A stretch of 64,000 bases of DNA, taken from positions 108,043,359 through 108,107,358 of the forward strand of contig NC_068981.1 of assembly GCF_001194135.2 (NCBI RefSeq). The letters are read 5' to 3'. The stretch comes from Octopus bimaculoides. Taxonomy: Eukaryota. Made by a program: the position numbers and the translations under genes. Shown here piece after piece: positions 12,065 through 23,608 of this stretch. The stretch's first letter is position 1. Every line of letters begins with the position of its first letter. Under the pieces are notes generated by a model. The model ran no database searches and was not told the DNA's origin. It saw nothing but the letters and a program-made list of their open reading frames with translations.

Positions 12065-12718
12065 CAGATTTGATCCTTCAAGTAGAGTATCAGATGAAAT
12101 AACTTTTGGCTAAGTTCAAATCATATATAGGATCAATTTACCTTTCAAGGAATTATGCTTTTGAAAGAGGAACCCCAGCATGTCCACAGTCGTTGCACAA
12201 AATTTTCACAGCCTCTTACATAGTGTTTATTCATATGTATTAGTGGAAATTTTGATAAATTGAATTATTGGACGCAGGTTATGTAAAGTATTTATTGTCA
12301 AATGTCATAAAAATCTGCTTCTAGCACAAAGGAATAAAAAAAAGAATAGTATAATTAGGCTTATGGACTTGCAAAGAATATACACACTTAATGTGTTTAT
12401 ATTGTAGTTTCTTTGACAGTGATTTTGTATACTTATAGAATGCTGAATATTTAGTCAGTGATATGTGTTCAGCTGAAGTTTTAAAGTTTTGAAAATTTAT
12501 CATTTTTAGGGATTGTGTACATGCATTTACAATTTTTGTTTTAATTCACCAATGATAAGTAATTGGATACTGCACCATCTAGTTTTAAAATCATATTTTG
12601 TTTTTACTTCTAAATGTTTACAATTTCTTAGAAAAGAGCAGCTGGTTAAGATTTTTGAAAAGTTCAGTATAAACCTTCACTTTGTGTGTAAATGCTTAAA
12701 CAAATTTTGTTTTTGAAG

Positions 12719-12927
12719 GTAATTATGATGAAGCTTGGAAAATATTAAACAATCTAGAAAAAAACATTCCTGGGCTTGCCATGGTTGCACTTCGGAGAAT
12801 AAGTTTAGAGCGGCATCAATACAATTTTGCTGCTGCAGCAGCTTTGTTCCAAGAATACATGGATACAGCAGCTACCAAAGAAATACGTTCATTTTTTGCC
12901 ATAAAATACTCACGTTTCCTGTCAAAG
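12719..12927 (+). CDS. PRPF39: PRPF39 exon (GNYDEAWKILNNLEKNIPGLAMVALRRISLERH...FAIKYSRFLSK)
   Basis: ttttgaag acceptor in phase 1, AAG|gtaatt donor. GLAMVxLRRxSLER motif. Confidence 0.97.
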
Positions 12928-13044
12928 GTAATTGTAATTCTAAGATATTTGACAATCTTTGATTAAATTTAAATTAATTTTACAAGTATGGCACTTTGGT
13001 TAATATATCGACAAGTTGAAATTGTTTACTTTATACAATTATAG

Positions 13045-13104
13045 GTTTGTCATGATGTAAATAAAGCCAAAGAAATTTTAAAAGAAGCAATAGAAATTGA
13101 TGAG
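13045..13104 (+). CDS. PRPF39: PRPF39 exon (VCHDVNKAKEILKEAIEIDE)
   Basis: attatag acceptor, GAG|gtaagt donor, 60 nt in frame. Confidence 0.93.
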
Positions 13105-13955
13105 GTAAGTAGACAGGCTTTTATAAAAAAAAAAACTTTCATCCTGTTGTCATTTATTAATAAAACATAACAATTTTTTCCTCTCTCTCTCTAATTGCAT
13201 TTGGAAAGGTTTCCTTCATTTCTCTACAAAATAAACTGATGTATCTAGATAGTTGATTTTCTCAAATTGTTAAATGAGACTAAAATCTGTGAGATTTTAT
13301 TTTTTATTATAGATTAAATTAGGTTTAACTATGAAGTATAAATAAAATTAATTCAGTTCCCATTTTCCAAAACTCCTGCTATATTGCAGGCAAGTGATAA
13401 GTAATAAGTTTATTTTCTAAGATTCCATCATAGAAAAATTTGTTACATATTCTAAGGTTTTTTTTTTTTTTTTTTTTGCTAGAGGACTTAAGGTGACAAA
13501 CTGGCAGAATTGTTAACATGCTGGACAAAAATGCTGAATGGCATTCCTTCCAGTTTTATGTTCTAAGTCCTAATTCTGTCAAGGTCAACTGCCTTTCTTC
13601 CCTTCAGGATCAATAAAATAAAGAACCAGTTGAGCACTGGGGTCAATGTAATCTACTAGTCCCCTCTTCAAAATTTCAGGTCTTGTGCCTCTAAAAGAAA
13701 AGATTATTAGAGGACCTAAATGTTGAAATTGGTCTACTTAAAATTCAGATTTGATGTCATAGCTGATTAAGAATTTTGAGAAAGGAACATTTTGATAAAA
13801 TTAAGATAAAGCTTGTGAAGTAGATACATAACCCATACAATTGTTGGAAAGCTATTTGGAAAAAAAAAAAATGGCTTTTTAATTAAAAAAAATTTTTTTT
13901 TTGTTAAATGTGTTATATAAAGCTTTATCAACCTTTTACTCATTTCCTTTTTCAG

Positions 13956-14137
13956 ACAAATCCTAAATTACACCTTCAGTTATTAGATATTGAATATCAG
14001 ACGCAACCAATGAATGAAGATTCAATACTTGACACTTTTAAATTTACATTATCAACTAACATGTCTTTACAAAGCAAAATTAAATTTTCACAAAGACGAA
14101 TAGAATTTTTAGAAGATTTTGGAAAAGATATTACCAA
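13956..14137 (+). CDS. PRPF39: PRPF39 exon (TNPKLHLQLLDIEYQ...FSQRRIEFLEDFGKDIT)
   Basis: tttttcag acceptor, AA|gtaagt donor, phase 2. FSQRxxEFLEDFG motif. Confidence 0.97.
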
Positions 14138-14490
14138 GTAAGTAGTTTAATTATGATAATTTTGTTTTAAAATAATTTTTTATTCCATAGTGTAACATTA
14201 ATGAGTAAAAGCTAACATTTGTGTTACAATTTAATCAAAGAGGCTACTTCCTTGATTTTTAATTTTAATTTTATTTTATAATTGAGTAAAAATGGTAACT
14301 TTGACAAATATTAAAATATAAGATGATGAAATAACTACTGGGGATTGATATGACTGATTAAAAAGAAAACCTAACTCTGAGTGATGCTCCAGCATGGCCA
14401 TAATCTAATGACTTAAACCAAATAAAAAAATTTTTCAATTGTGCCTGCACACACACTTAATGCTGATTGTGGATTTCCTTTTTCTTTTAG

Positions 14491-14571
14491 GTTGCTTGAT
14501 GCTTATGATGAGCACCAAAAGGTATTGAAAGAGGCTCACATAGAAAAGAAACGGAAAATGGTTGAATGTGG
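14491..14571 (+). CDS. PRPF39: PRPF39 exon (KLLDAYDEHQKVLKEAHIEKKRKMVEC)
   Basis: cttttag acceptor, GG|gtaagt donor. LLxAYDEHQ motif. Confidence 0.95.
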
Positions 14572-16216
14572 GTAAGTATTCTTTCATTTTGAGTTGCATT
14601 CTGTAAAGAAAAATAAAGCTCATGTCACCTAATTTCCATTTCTATATAGCTTGGTGTATATGTTAAGCATTGAAGCACCTTGGGCAAGTGTCTTCTACAG
14701 CCTCAGACCAGCCAAATCTTTGTAAGTGGGTTTGGTAGACAAAAACTGAAAAAGGCCCATATAATCTATTGTACTAATGTTAGAAATTCTTTCTTTTTTT
14801 TTCCCCCCAACCTGTTTGGCTGACACCAAAAACCACTTAGTAGCTGACAAGGCAAGCTGTCAAATACTCCATCCTAGCATTGAGAAATACTTGTAAAACA
14901 ATAAAACTATCAGAGGTTTTTTCTGTTATAGCTCTTTCTCCCAAACTAATCAGAGTTTACCCTTTTGTTATATTTCTAATCAGAACAGACTGCTCCTGTA
15001 TTTCAAATAATTAAAAAAATTTATATGGTCTGAGAAAATGTCAATTTTTTTTGTTTTCTGGTTTACATTTAAGTGGGTGTTTGGAGCACAAAGTACCTCC
15101 CAGGAAATGCTTGCAAATTTGGATTCAAAACTAATTACAGATAGATTGAATTAGATGTAAAATCAAGTTTTGTTTTAAAACTAATGCATAATATAAGTTA
15201 TCTCTTATTCCATTAAAATATATAGAATTGCAGTATAGTACAACAAAGATGAATTCTATGCATTTTTTAATTTGGGTGCATGGAGAATGGTTATGCATAT
15301 AGAGATTGAATGAAACTCTTAAGGGTTTATATTAAAACATCTCTGAAGAAAACCATAGAAAGGGGAAAAAAATGTGTGTGATTGTAGCAATGAAAGGATT
15401 TTCTGATTGAATTTGGTGTAATATGTCACCATATAGTTAAATTCAGGTAAATTAAAATATTGAACGAAACTGACTTGAAAATGTTTTTTTTTTTTCTCCT
15501 CCAATTTTTAATATTCATATGAAAAGTTAATATTGATGTTTGTGAGATGATTTGTAAACATCTGACACTACAGAGTGCACACTGGACAGTTGTTTTAATT
15601 GAACATCCACTGGGAATTTTCCTTTTCTAATGTCAGCATTACTATCACAGTCTCTTTTAACTATTGATTTTTCATGATGTAATAGAGGTCTTCTGAAGTT
15701 AGAGATAATAGCCCTCTCATTGCATAGCAAAAAAATATTTAGCTCCTATATAGGTAGGTCACTTTATACAGATGAGATTAGCTAAATGAATTTCCTGAAA
15801 TAGTAGTCACCATGATGTAAAGTAGTGGTTCCCAAAGTGGGTGGTACTCCCCTGTGCCTTAGGGTGGTAGAAAGGATCCAGTAGGGTGTTGAAGTGGAAA
15901 AGTGGAACAATAATGGGGTGGCCAAAAGAAAGTTTTGGATGTAAAAACAACAAAATAATATGTTGATTAGGTTAAGTTTTATTTGTGAAATACAGTTTTG
16001 AACTTCCTGCAGAAAGTGGTCTATGTTTGTGGCCTGTGTGCCAAGGGATGGCTGGTGGCCTGAAAAACTGATGCGAAGTGTAATTTTTTCTTTGCCTATG
16101 AAATTTATTACTTGAAAGATAATTTACATACCATTATGATACTCAGTTTTTATCCTTTCTTTTTATTATATAGCTTTAAAATATTTTGATTTACACTGTT
16201 TTAAAATAATTTTCAG

Positions 16217-16403
16217 AGAAGATCCACTGGAGAAAAAGGCTAAATTGGATGGTGGAGTGAATAACAACTGCACCCGTGCCAATGGATCAAAAGACATATT
16301 ATCTGCAACAAGTGTCGGAACAACTGTGTCCGGCAATAATGATATATCTAATGTAGTACAACAAAATACCCCTTTTCAGTATGCTCATTGGGGTTCATAT
16401 CAA
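16217..16403 (+). CDS. PRPF39: PRPF39 exon (EDPLEKKAKLDGG...QYAHWGSYQ)
   Basis: tttcag acceptor in phase 2, CAA|gtaagt donor. EEPEEKKA-like start followed by a low-complexity tail. Confidence 0.88.
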
Positions 16404-16799
16404 GTAAGTGAAATCATTACCTATTTTTTATTGTTGTTGATTTATCCCAGTCTTATATAATGTATGTTATTGTTAGCATTGGGGGGGGGGGGGAGATACT
16501 TCTAATTTCCTAACTAAGCTACAATTTTCCATTTTCTCTCTAGTTTCTTTAGTGGAAATCTTTTGGCTTTTGAGAGGTTTTCCTGCTCTTTGATTGCCTG
16601 AAATTATTATTATAAATATATAAATAACCTTAAATTTTCGAAATGTTTTATATAGAAGAAAATATTTCAGTATTGCAACTTTCACACACAAACACTAAGC
16701 TTGGTTGAATGACTAATGCTATCTAAAATGAATTTGGTAAGTCTTGACTAAAATAAATCAGTTGGCCTCTTTTGTCAAGAAATAACAGCCATATTTTGT

Positions 16800-17060
16800 G
16801 GCAACAGGTGACTTAGTGGTTAGGACTTGCACTCATGATTGCAAGCTTGTTTCAATTCTTGGACTGGGTGGTGTGTTGTATTAAGCAGAATCCCATCATT
16901 TCACATTGCTGCAGTACAGTCAGCTGTAAATGAGAACTGGTGTCTCATTCAGAAGGAATGTTGTGATCTTAGTTGTTTATATACCATGGTAACCTGCCTT
17001 ATTAGGACCCAGGACAAGAGAAAATATCTAAGGCTTAATGATGATATTACTTTGGCTGTT
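16800..17060 (+). mobile_element. Degraded tRNA-derived SINE (family C)
   Basis: GACTTAGTGGTTAGG head and a ttcacattgctgcagtacagtcagctgtaaatgag core, similar to 58080-58396. Confidence 0.55.
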
Positions 17061-17115
17061 AAAAGAGTCTTAGACACTTTCTTCTCTCCTCTCATATTTT
17101 ATGATATAAACTTAA

Positions 17116-17321
17116 CCCTTTAGCATTCAGATTATTCCATTAAATATAATGCTTATTTATTCACATTGCTATGAATTAATCATGTATTATCTTGTAGCTT
17201 TGAGATTTTTATGAGGTAACTGTTAATTTTTAGAATGATATTGTAGGATAGGTGAGAGAGGCCACATCTGGCCAGTTTGAACATAAAATTGAATATTTTG
17301 GCCGGTTTAAATGCTAAAGAT
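17116..17321. mobile_element. TTAA-flanked piggyBac-like MITE
   Basis: TTAA|CCCTTTAGCATTC ... AAATGCTAAAGAT|TTAA. Same family as 47531-47750 and about 61550-61778. Confidence 0.7.
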
Positions 17322-17393
17322 TTAACTATTATTAATTTTGCTGGAATGTTTGTTTTCTTGTCTGTATTAAAATTCTGTCTTATTTATTTACAG

Positions 17394-17465
17394 AATGCTG
17401 CCAGTTACGGAGGCTATCCACATCCTCATTGGTCTTCATATAATAATCAGTATTACCCGTCCTAG
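17394..17465 (+). CDS. PRPF39: PRPF39 terminal coding exon (NAASYGGYPHPHWSSYNNQYYPS*)
   Basis: tatttacag acceptor, TAG at 17463-17465. Tyr-rich QYYP end as in vertebrate PRPF39. The ten exons splice to 1375 nt with consistent phases. Confidence 0.9.
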   Translation, partial: NAASYGGYPHPHWSSYNNQYYPS

Positions 17466-19607
17466 ACGTCAAACTCCATATTTATCATTGTGGACTTCTG
17501 AATCATTGCCTCTATTTATAGTCCTCCAACTCTTCAATTCCTGCCTGACTTCTTACATCTCTCTCTTGCCTCCTACTCATCACAGCAATTCATTTTCATT
17601 TGTATTAAATTCAATTTCCAAAATGTGAACAAAATCTTGCTTGTTAATTGAAAAACAAATTAGATTGCAGCTGGGTTTGATCTAGAACATACAGAATGTA
17701 TGTCAGTTGTTTTATTAGTGTTTCTAAGTTTTATTATTGTATTGATAAAATTGGTATATAACCAGTTACAATATGTTTACACAAATAGTGTAAATTTACC
17801 AGTCTCAAAATATCAATTTCTCTGAGAACAAAATATAAAACTAATCAATTAAAAAACATCTCATCATAAAACATATCTAAATAAAGTATGCAAATATATT
17901 TTTGGAGGTGTGAGTTTAATCTACTTGAACTGTCCAGTTTTCTTGTCATAGTCTTGTCTTAAACACTAAGAAAAAGTTAGTTGGAACTGCCAAAATAAAG
18001 GCTTATTTTGACTGGACAGCCCAGTGGATGTGACAGCTCTCTCTCTCCTAAAAGCAGCAACTAAGAAGTTAAATATAAATTTATAAAGTGGAATGATGGC
18101 AGCTGAAAAACCACAGTATATTTTTTTACATTTTCATTACAAATTTTATTAAGTAGGGATCTGAACTTTAATGGAAAGTTTATAGAGATGAAAGTGATCA
18201 AGTAAATGCCTTTAACTTGCCATTGAATTATAGTCTTCACTTACTGAGAACTTTGGCTCACATCTCATCATCATCCTTTTTACATCCACACTTTCCGTGC
18301 TGACTTTGTTGGACAAAGGTCTAAGGTAATATTCTACAGCCTTATGTCTTTTCTATTACCAACTTTTACCTCTTTTCGTGTAAGATTTTTACTCTTCACA
18401 TGATTAGTTTCCTTGCCAATTACATGGTTTTGTGTGGCAACTTGGGCAAGTGTCTTCTAACTATGCACTTGGACTGTCCAAGAGGATTTGGTAGATAGAA
18501 ACTGAAAGAAGTTCGTCATATGTGTTGTATGTTATATTTTGACATTGTGATAATTGTAAACAAACCTCACCATCTAACAAGTGGTGCTGTTCATATGCAA
18601 TCTTCCCTAAAAATATGTCCAATTATGGGGGGAAAAATTAACTTGCTTGGGAATAGTTTCAGGAAGGGCATTTGGCTGTAAGAAATTTGCCTCGATGAAT
18701 TGCTTATCAAAACAGTGACAATATATTTAGTTTGACCACTGCTAGAAACATCTACCAATTTATAAAGATGAATGTGATCAAGTAAATGCTTTAAATTTGT
18801 AACTGAAATATAGTCTTCAGTTACTGAGAACTTTGGTTGCATACCATAAATCTATACAAGGATAAGTTGAAATGGTTTGTCAATAGTATATTTCTATATA
18901 CGTTATGTATGTTTTTAATGTCTCAAAGGGTTTTGGAGATGTACAGTTTCTTATGTCCAAAAGCAATTCTGAAGTACAAAATTATATTTAGTATATATTT
19001 TTCTTATGAAAAAAAAAAATGTTTACTGCTTCCTAGTTCATTTTTGTTCTCAAAAGGCCTTGCCTGAAATGTTTTGTTTCTCTGACAAGTACACAAACTT
19101 ACTCAGTTTTCTAAGTTGCTTTAGCACATTATTTGCAGACTACTAATGATCAATTTGAAGAAATAATGCAATTAAATTCATTAAAAATATAATAATTATA
19201 AATTTTTTGCTACTTCTAAATTTTGAAATATATTTTGTGTTCATTCTTTGCACCAATCCCTTTTTTTTTTTATTATATTTCTTTCTATTCACGACAGACT
19301 TCACAAACTACATATATTTTACATGCTACATGTATTAAATATGCAGATACTGTCCTCCTGTTTATCTTAATGATAAACATCTCAATTTCTAAACTATTCA
19401 ACAATTTATGGTAAAATTATATTTCACAAAACAAGATAGAAACATGTCATGGGTGTGCTCTTGTACTAGATGAAATATTTGGCATCAGCAGCTATTTTTC
19501 TTACCACGGATTTTAATGTTTCAAACCATAACTATATGCTAACAATCTCAACTTACTGTATTGGGGTAAAGTGGTTAAGAAGTTCTCTTTGCAATCATGA
19601 AATCCCT

Positions 19608-22600
19608 TGTCATCATCTGATGGTTGTTGGTCTGGTCTGTGGTGATTACTGGTTGAGTTAAATGAAAATCTGTTTCTTGATTTCTGTAGAAGTAACTGAA
19701 CAACACCTGCAAACATTTACCAAGATTTTGTTACACATAGACAAACTGCATTGGCCTTTTACAGATAACAGCAATAATTACATACTGGGAGAGAGATATT
19801 ACTTGGCATTTACAGCAATCTGTGGCTTGCCTAACATAATTGGAAACAATTGTGCTATATTTGTAGTGACAAAGGTTCCTGTTGCCATCTATCTTAGTTC
19901 TTGGTTTCAAATCACTGCTACAGCAGCCCCTTCCCTGCCATTACAGAATGTAAAAAGAGAGAGACCAATACAAGTACAAAAAGAAAAGGAACGTGCATTG
20001 AATACTGAAGAACTTGAAAAAATGTCCTTACTACAATGAAAAGTTCTGCAGTTTTTTGTGTTAAAAATGTGCGAGTGTTACTAGCTGACCACTGTACTCT
20101 TCTTCCACTTTTGGTTCCCCTGTCTGTATAAGATGTACTGTTGTTGGATAATGCATTATGCTTGTGTATGGATTGTTCAGGTGTGGCAGAGGAGTGTTGT
20201 GGTTGGGGATTAGACTTGACGATAACCTGCTTAAGCCAATCAACACTGACAGTCTCTTGTCTCCCCTGAATGTCAAAGCCATTCACTTTGGTTTACTTTT
20301 TAATGCTGGTATGGGCTGGAATATACTGTCTGCAAGAGATGCTTGACTGCATAGCTCCTTACAAATATGAGAACAGGTAGCGATATCAGGTGGAATGAAA
20401 GTTTTAATCAACTGCAGTCTCATTATTAAGAGGTATTTCCATCATGTAATTTTGCAGTTAATATAGTTGGGTCATTTTGAGTAGCTGTAACCAATGACCA
20501 GGCTGTGTAAATGTCCAACCTACCTGGGAATAACCTGTCATCCTGAAGTGGTATATAAACCTAGTAACACAATCAGCAAGGTTTCTAACCTATCTGAATC
20601 AGAATGTGCTTGTTAAGCTATCGAAAATGTTCCATCATTTTGTTAAACACAGTGGTAAGCTGTAGTACAAATTCAACACATACCTAGCAGGTTAGATAGG
20701 TTGGTGAAAAGATTGGATTCAAACTAATGACTCATGTTGGTTGTTATTGTCATAAGTGCTTCAAAACATGAAATTGGCTGTTTGAGCCTTTGCAAGTGTA
20801 AGGGATGAAATATCCTTAAATGCTATGGCTTTGGGCCATCTGGAAAAAACAGTCTATACAGGTCAAAAGATACATTTTATCCCGAACTGGTGGAAGAGGA
20901 CTTACAGTATCTATGTGGATATGTTTGAAATGAGGGTCAGAAATAGTGAAAGTGTCTCATGGTGTTTTGACCTTGGCATTTTGGCAGGACGAAGAATGGC
21001 ACACCCAATTATTAATGTCCTCCGTACTAGGCCAAACAAAATGATTCGAAATTAGCTTCACCATTGCTGAAATATACAGATGAGATAAATTATGGAGAGT
21101 AAAGATGATTCTCTTGGGCACACAGTCCAGTAGAAACATCACACCATATAAATGAAACACTAGAATGCAGTAGTTATAGATGAACATCTAGAGAAGACTG
21201 ATGTCTGGAGTTGTAATAACTCTTTATTGTCCTTTTGATCCATAGCAATCTTTTCCAAGTCAATTGTATCAGTGGAATGCAAAGCATAGATACTGGATAA
21301 GGTGTCTACTGCAGAATTATCAGCACCCTGCCAGATATTATCAAGGTGTCTCTCAGTATTTATCAGTCTTAGATTGCATTGCATATGTCAGTGACTTATG
21401 ATTTACATAATGATGAAAGTTCATCCAAAGAAATGTTGATAATGCTTCACAGATAAATAGTGACTAATAATTTTCTTCCAAAAGTACTGACCTTGTTTCT
21501 GTTGGTTTGAAGTGCTTGGAAAAAAAAAGGGAAGGAGTTGCCAAATATCTTAAACAAACTGTTGCAGTACCCCACAGATTCCAATGATAGAGGAGCAGAT
21601 GGGCTAATAGTGTAACTTTAGTTAACTTTTCTTTGATTTCATTACAAGATTGCAATTCTGCTGGATTTAGAGAAATAGTTTTTGTTTTCTTTTACAATTA
21701 CATAAATCTCTTGATGGAAGTATGGTTTCTGTACAGTGAAGACTAAAACCTCTATAGAAAATTAATGCAGGGACAAAAATATTTATAATGGCATCTACAT
21801 TTCCTTTAATAGACAAATTACATCTTTATCAATAATATGTCCCAAAAATAATAGAAGAAACACCAAAAAGACATTTACTAGGGTCAGTTACATTGAACTA
21901 TCTTGTAAAAAGTTCTTTTTAAGTGATGTTCATGCTGCACTTCCATAGGGCTAGCAGTCAACAAATGCAAAGTCTAAACCATGCGTGAATTTCATCATAA
22001 ATCTCTGAGATGTATTAGCATTCCAAAGACCTAAAGGCATTTTAAGAAATTTGAAAAATCCATAAGTAGTAGTTATGACTGTTTTAGGAACATCAACAGA
22101 TTCTGTAAAGGAGCTGGTGAAACTGCTTCATGCTTTGATAAGATGTGGAGCCAGAATGGTTGGTAATCAAATCTCTGGCTTTATTGCTGAAGGCAAGACA
22201 CTAACTAAAAGGTGATATTGACACATATCTAAAGAAATTTTATTCCTGCAAAATTGGCTTTGAGCTGAGAAAACCAAATGGAAGGACCTCCAATATATGG
22301 AAGTGAAGCAAAGGATAAGGCAGCTTAAATAATTAACCTATTGCTATTTTCAGAAGAAATGGACAGAACAAGTAAAGATACCATTCTTTTTAATGGAAAT
22401 TATTTGGAATCACACAAACGAAAGGATATTAAAAGATTAAATACTGGCTGTAATAGCGAACTTGGAGAATTTCCAGATCAACTTTGCTCTGGAATCATAT
22501 TCTAGAGAAGAGATTTTACTCAGTATTAAAGGGTAGATATGACTGCTATTTTGAGCAAGACAAAAGATGTGTCTAAGATAAGTGTTCCCAACATTATAGC

Positions 22601-23230
22601 TTGCAGTGGTAAGATTTGCATGTGTGATAGCTTTTGCTCCCTTTGAGCTTTCTTCATGTGGTAGTTGTTTATGTCTAGGGTCACCAATGGCACAGTTTGA
22701 AGGTTGTTGGTCTGGTCTGTGGTGGTGACTGGTTGAGTTGATGAATGAAAATATCTTTCTTGCACTACATGTAGAAGTAAATGAACAGCATCTGCAAACA
22801 TTTAGCCCAATATTTTATTATCACACATAAAGACAAACTGATGATTTTTTTTTAAAGATGACAAAATAATTACATACTGGGAGAGAGACACTACTTGGAG
22901 TTTACAGCAAGCTATTGATATGGCAACCTACAGCTTGCCCAACGTAACTAAAAAAACAATTGTGCTATATTTGTGGCAATGGAAGTTGTCTATCTTTTAT
23001 CTGTGCCATCTGTCTTAGTTGTCTTCTTGGATTGTCTGGCTTGTAAACATGCACGCCAAATGTTTTTTATAAGGGACCAAAAGTCAAATTCTAGAATGTT
23101 CAAGGAAACTTGTCTATGCCATTGCTTCATGCTGATTGGTTGATTAATAGATCAATCATGTGAAACTGCAGTGGTTTGCTCCTGATGTTTGACTATGTAT
23201 CCAGGGATTTGGTTTCAAATTACTGCTACA
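19608..23230 (-). mobile_element. Internally deleted Gypsy LTR retrotransposon with both LTRs
   Basis: TG..CA LTRs at 22688-23230 (5') and 19608-19922 (3'). PBS TGGTGACCCTAGAC next to the 5' LTR and PPT GGGAAGGGG at 19927-19935. Decayed protease, integrase (HIHIDTVSPLP; LSHLYISAMVKLISNHFVWP) and terminal VSVDWLK..TKSGRRV motifs. Confidence 0.88.
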
Positions 23231-23608
23231 CTCTCATTCAATTTCTGTTCATAGCATGTTGAGCAAAATGTTTTCTATCTTACCCTTGTCAGTAAAATTG
23301 GATTAGCAGAAACTGTGAAAGCCTGTTAGACTGTACCTCTAAGTTGAGAGGGCTGGTTTTGTCATTAATTGTGCTTGAATGTTACATTAAAAGTACACGT
23401 CTGTGGAATATATAATCAATTGTTAAAATGGTGACTGAGGAGTTGATAGAACATTTGAAATGCTCACCAGTGATTATCAAAATCAATAGTTGATCTGTTT
23501 ACTGAAGTAAGTAGAAAAATTGTAAAGAAAACCATTTGCAGTAGACAAACATTTGCTCAGGATTTAGGGGTTCTCACTGGAGATTAATGATCAATTCTAC
23601 TTGTTTAT

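Noticed and set aside
15640-15670. CACAGTCTCTTTTAACTATTGA as a SNORD127-like guide in a PRPF39 intron
   Set aside because: Complementarity to 18S UUAGAGGGAC is poor and there is no canonical C or D box.
15822-16110. hAT-like MITE starting AGTGGTTCCCAAAGTG
   Set aside because: Only one terminus is recognisable and there is no TSD.
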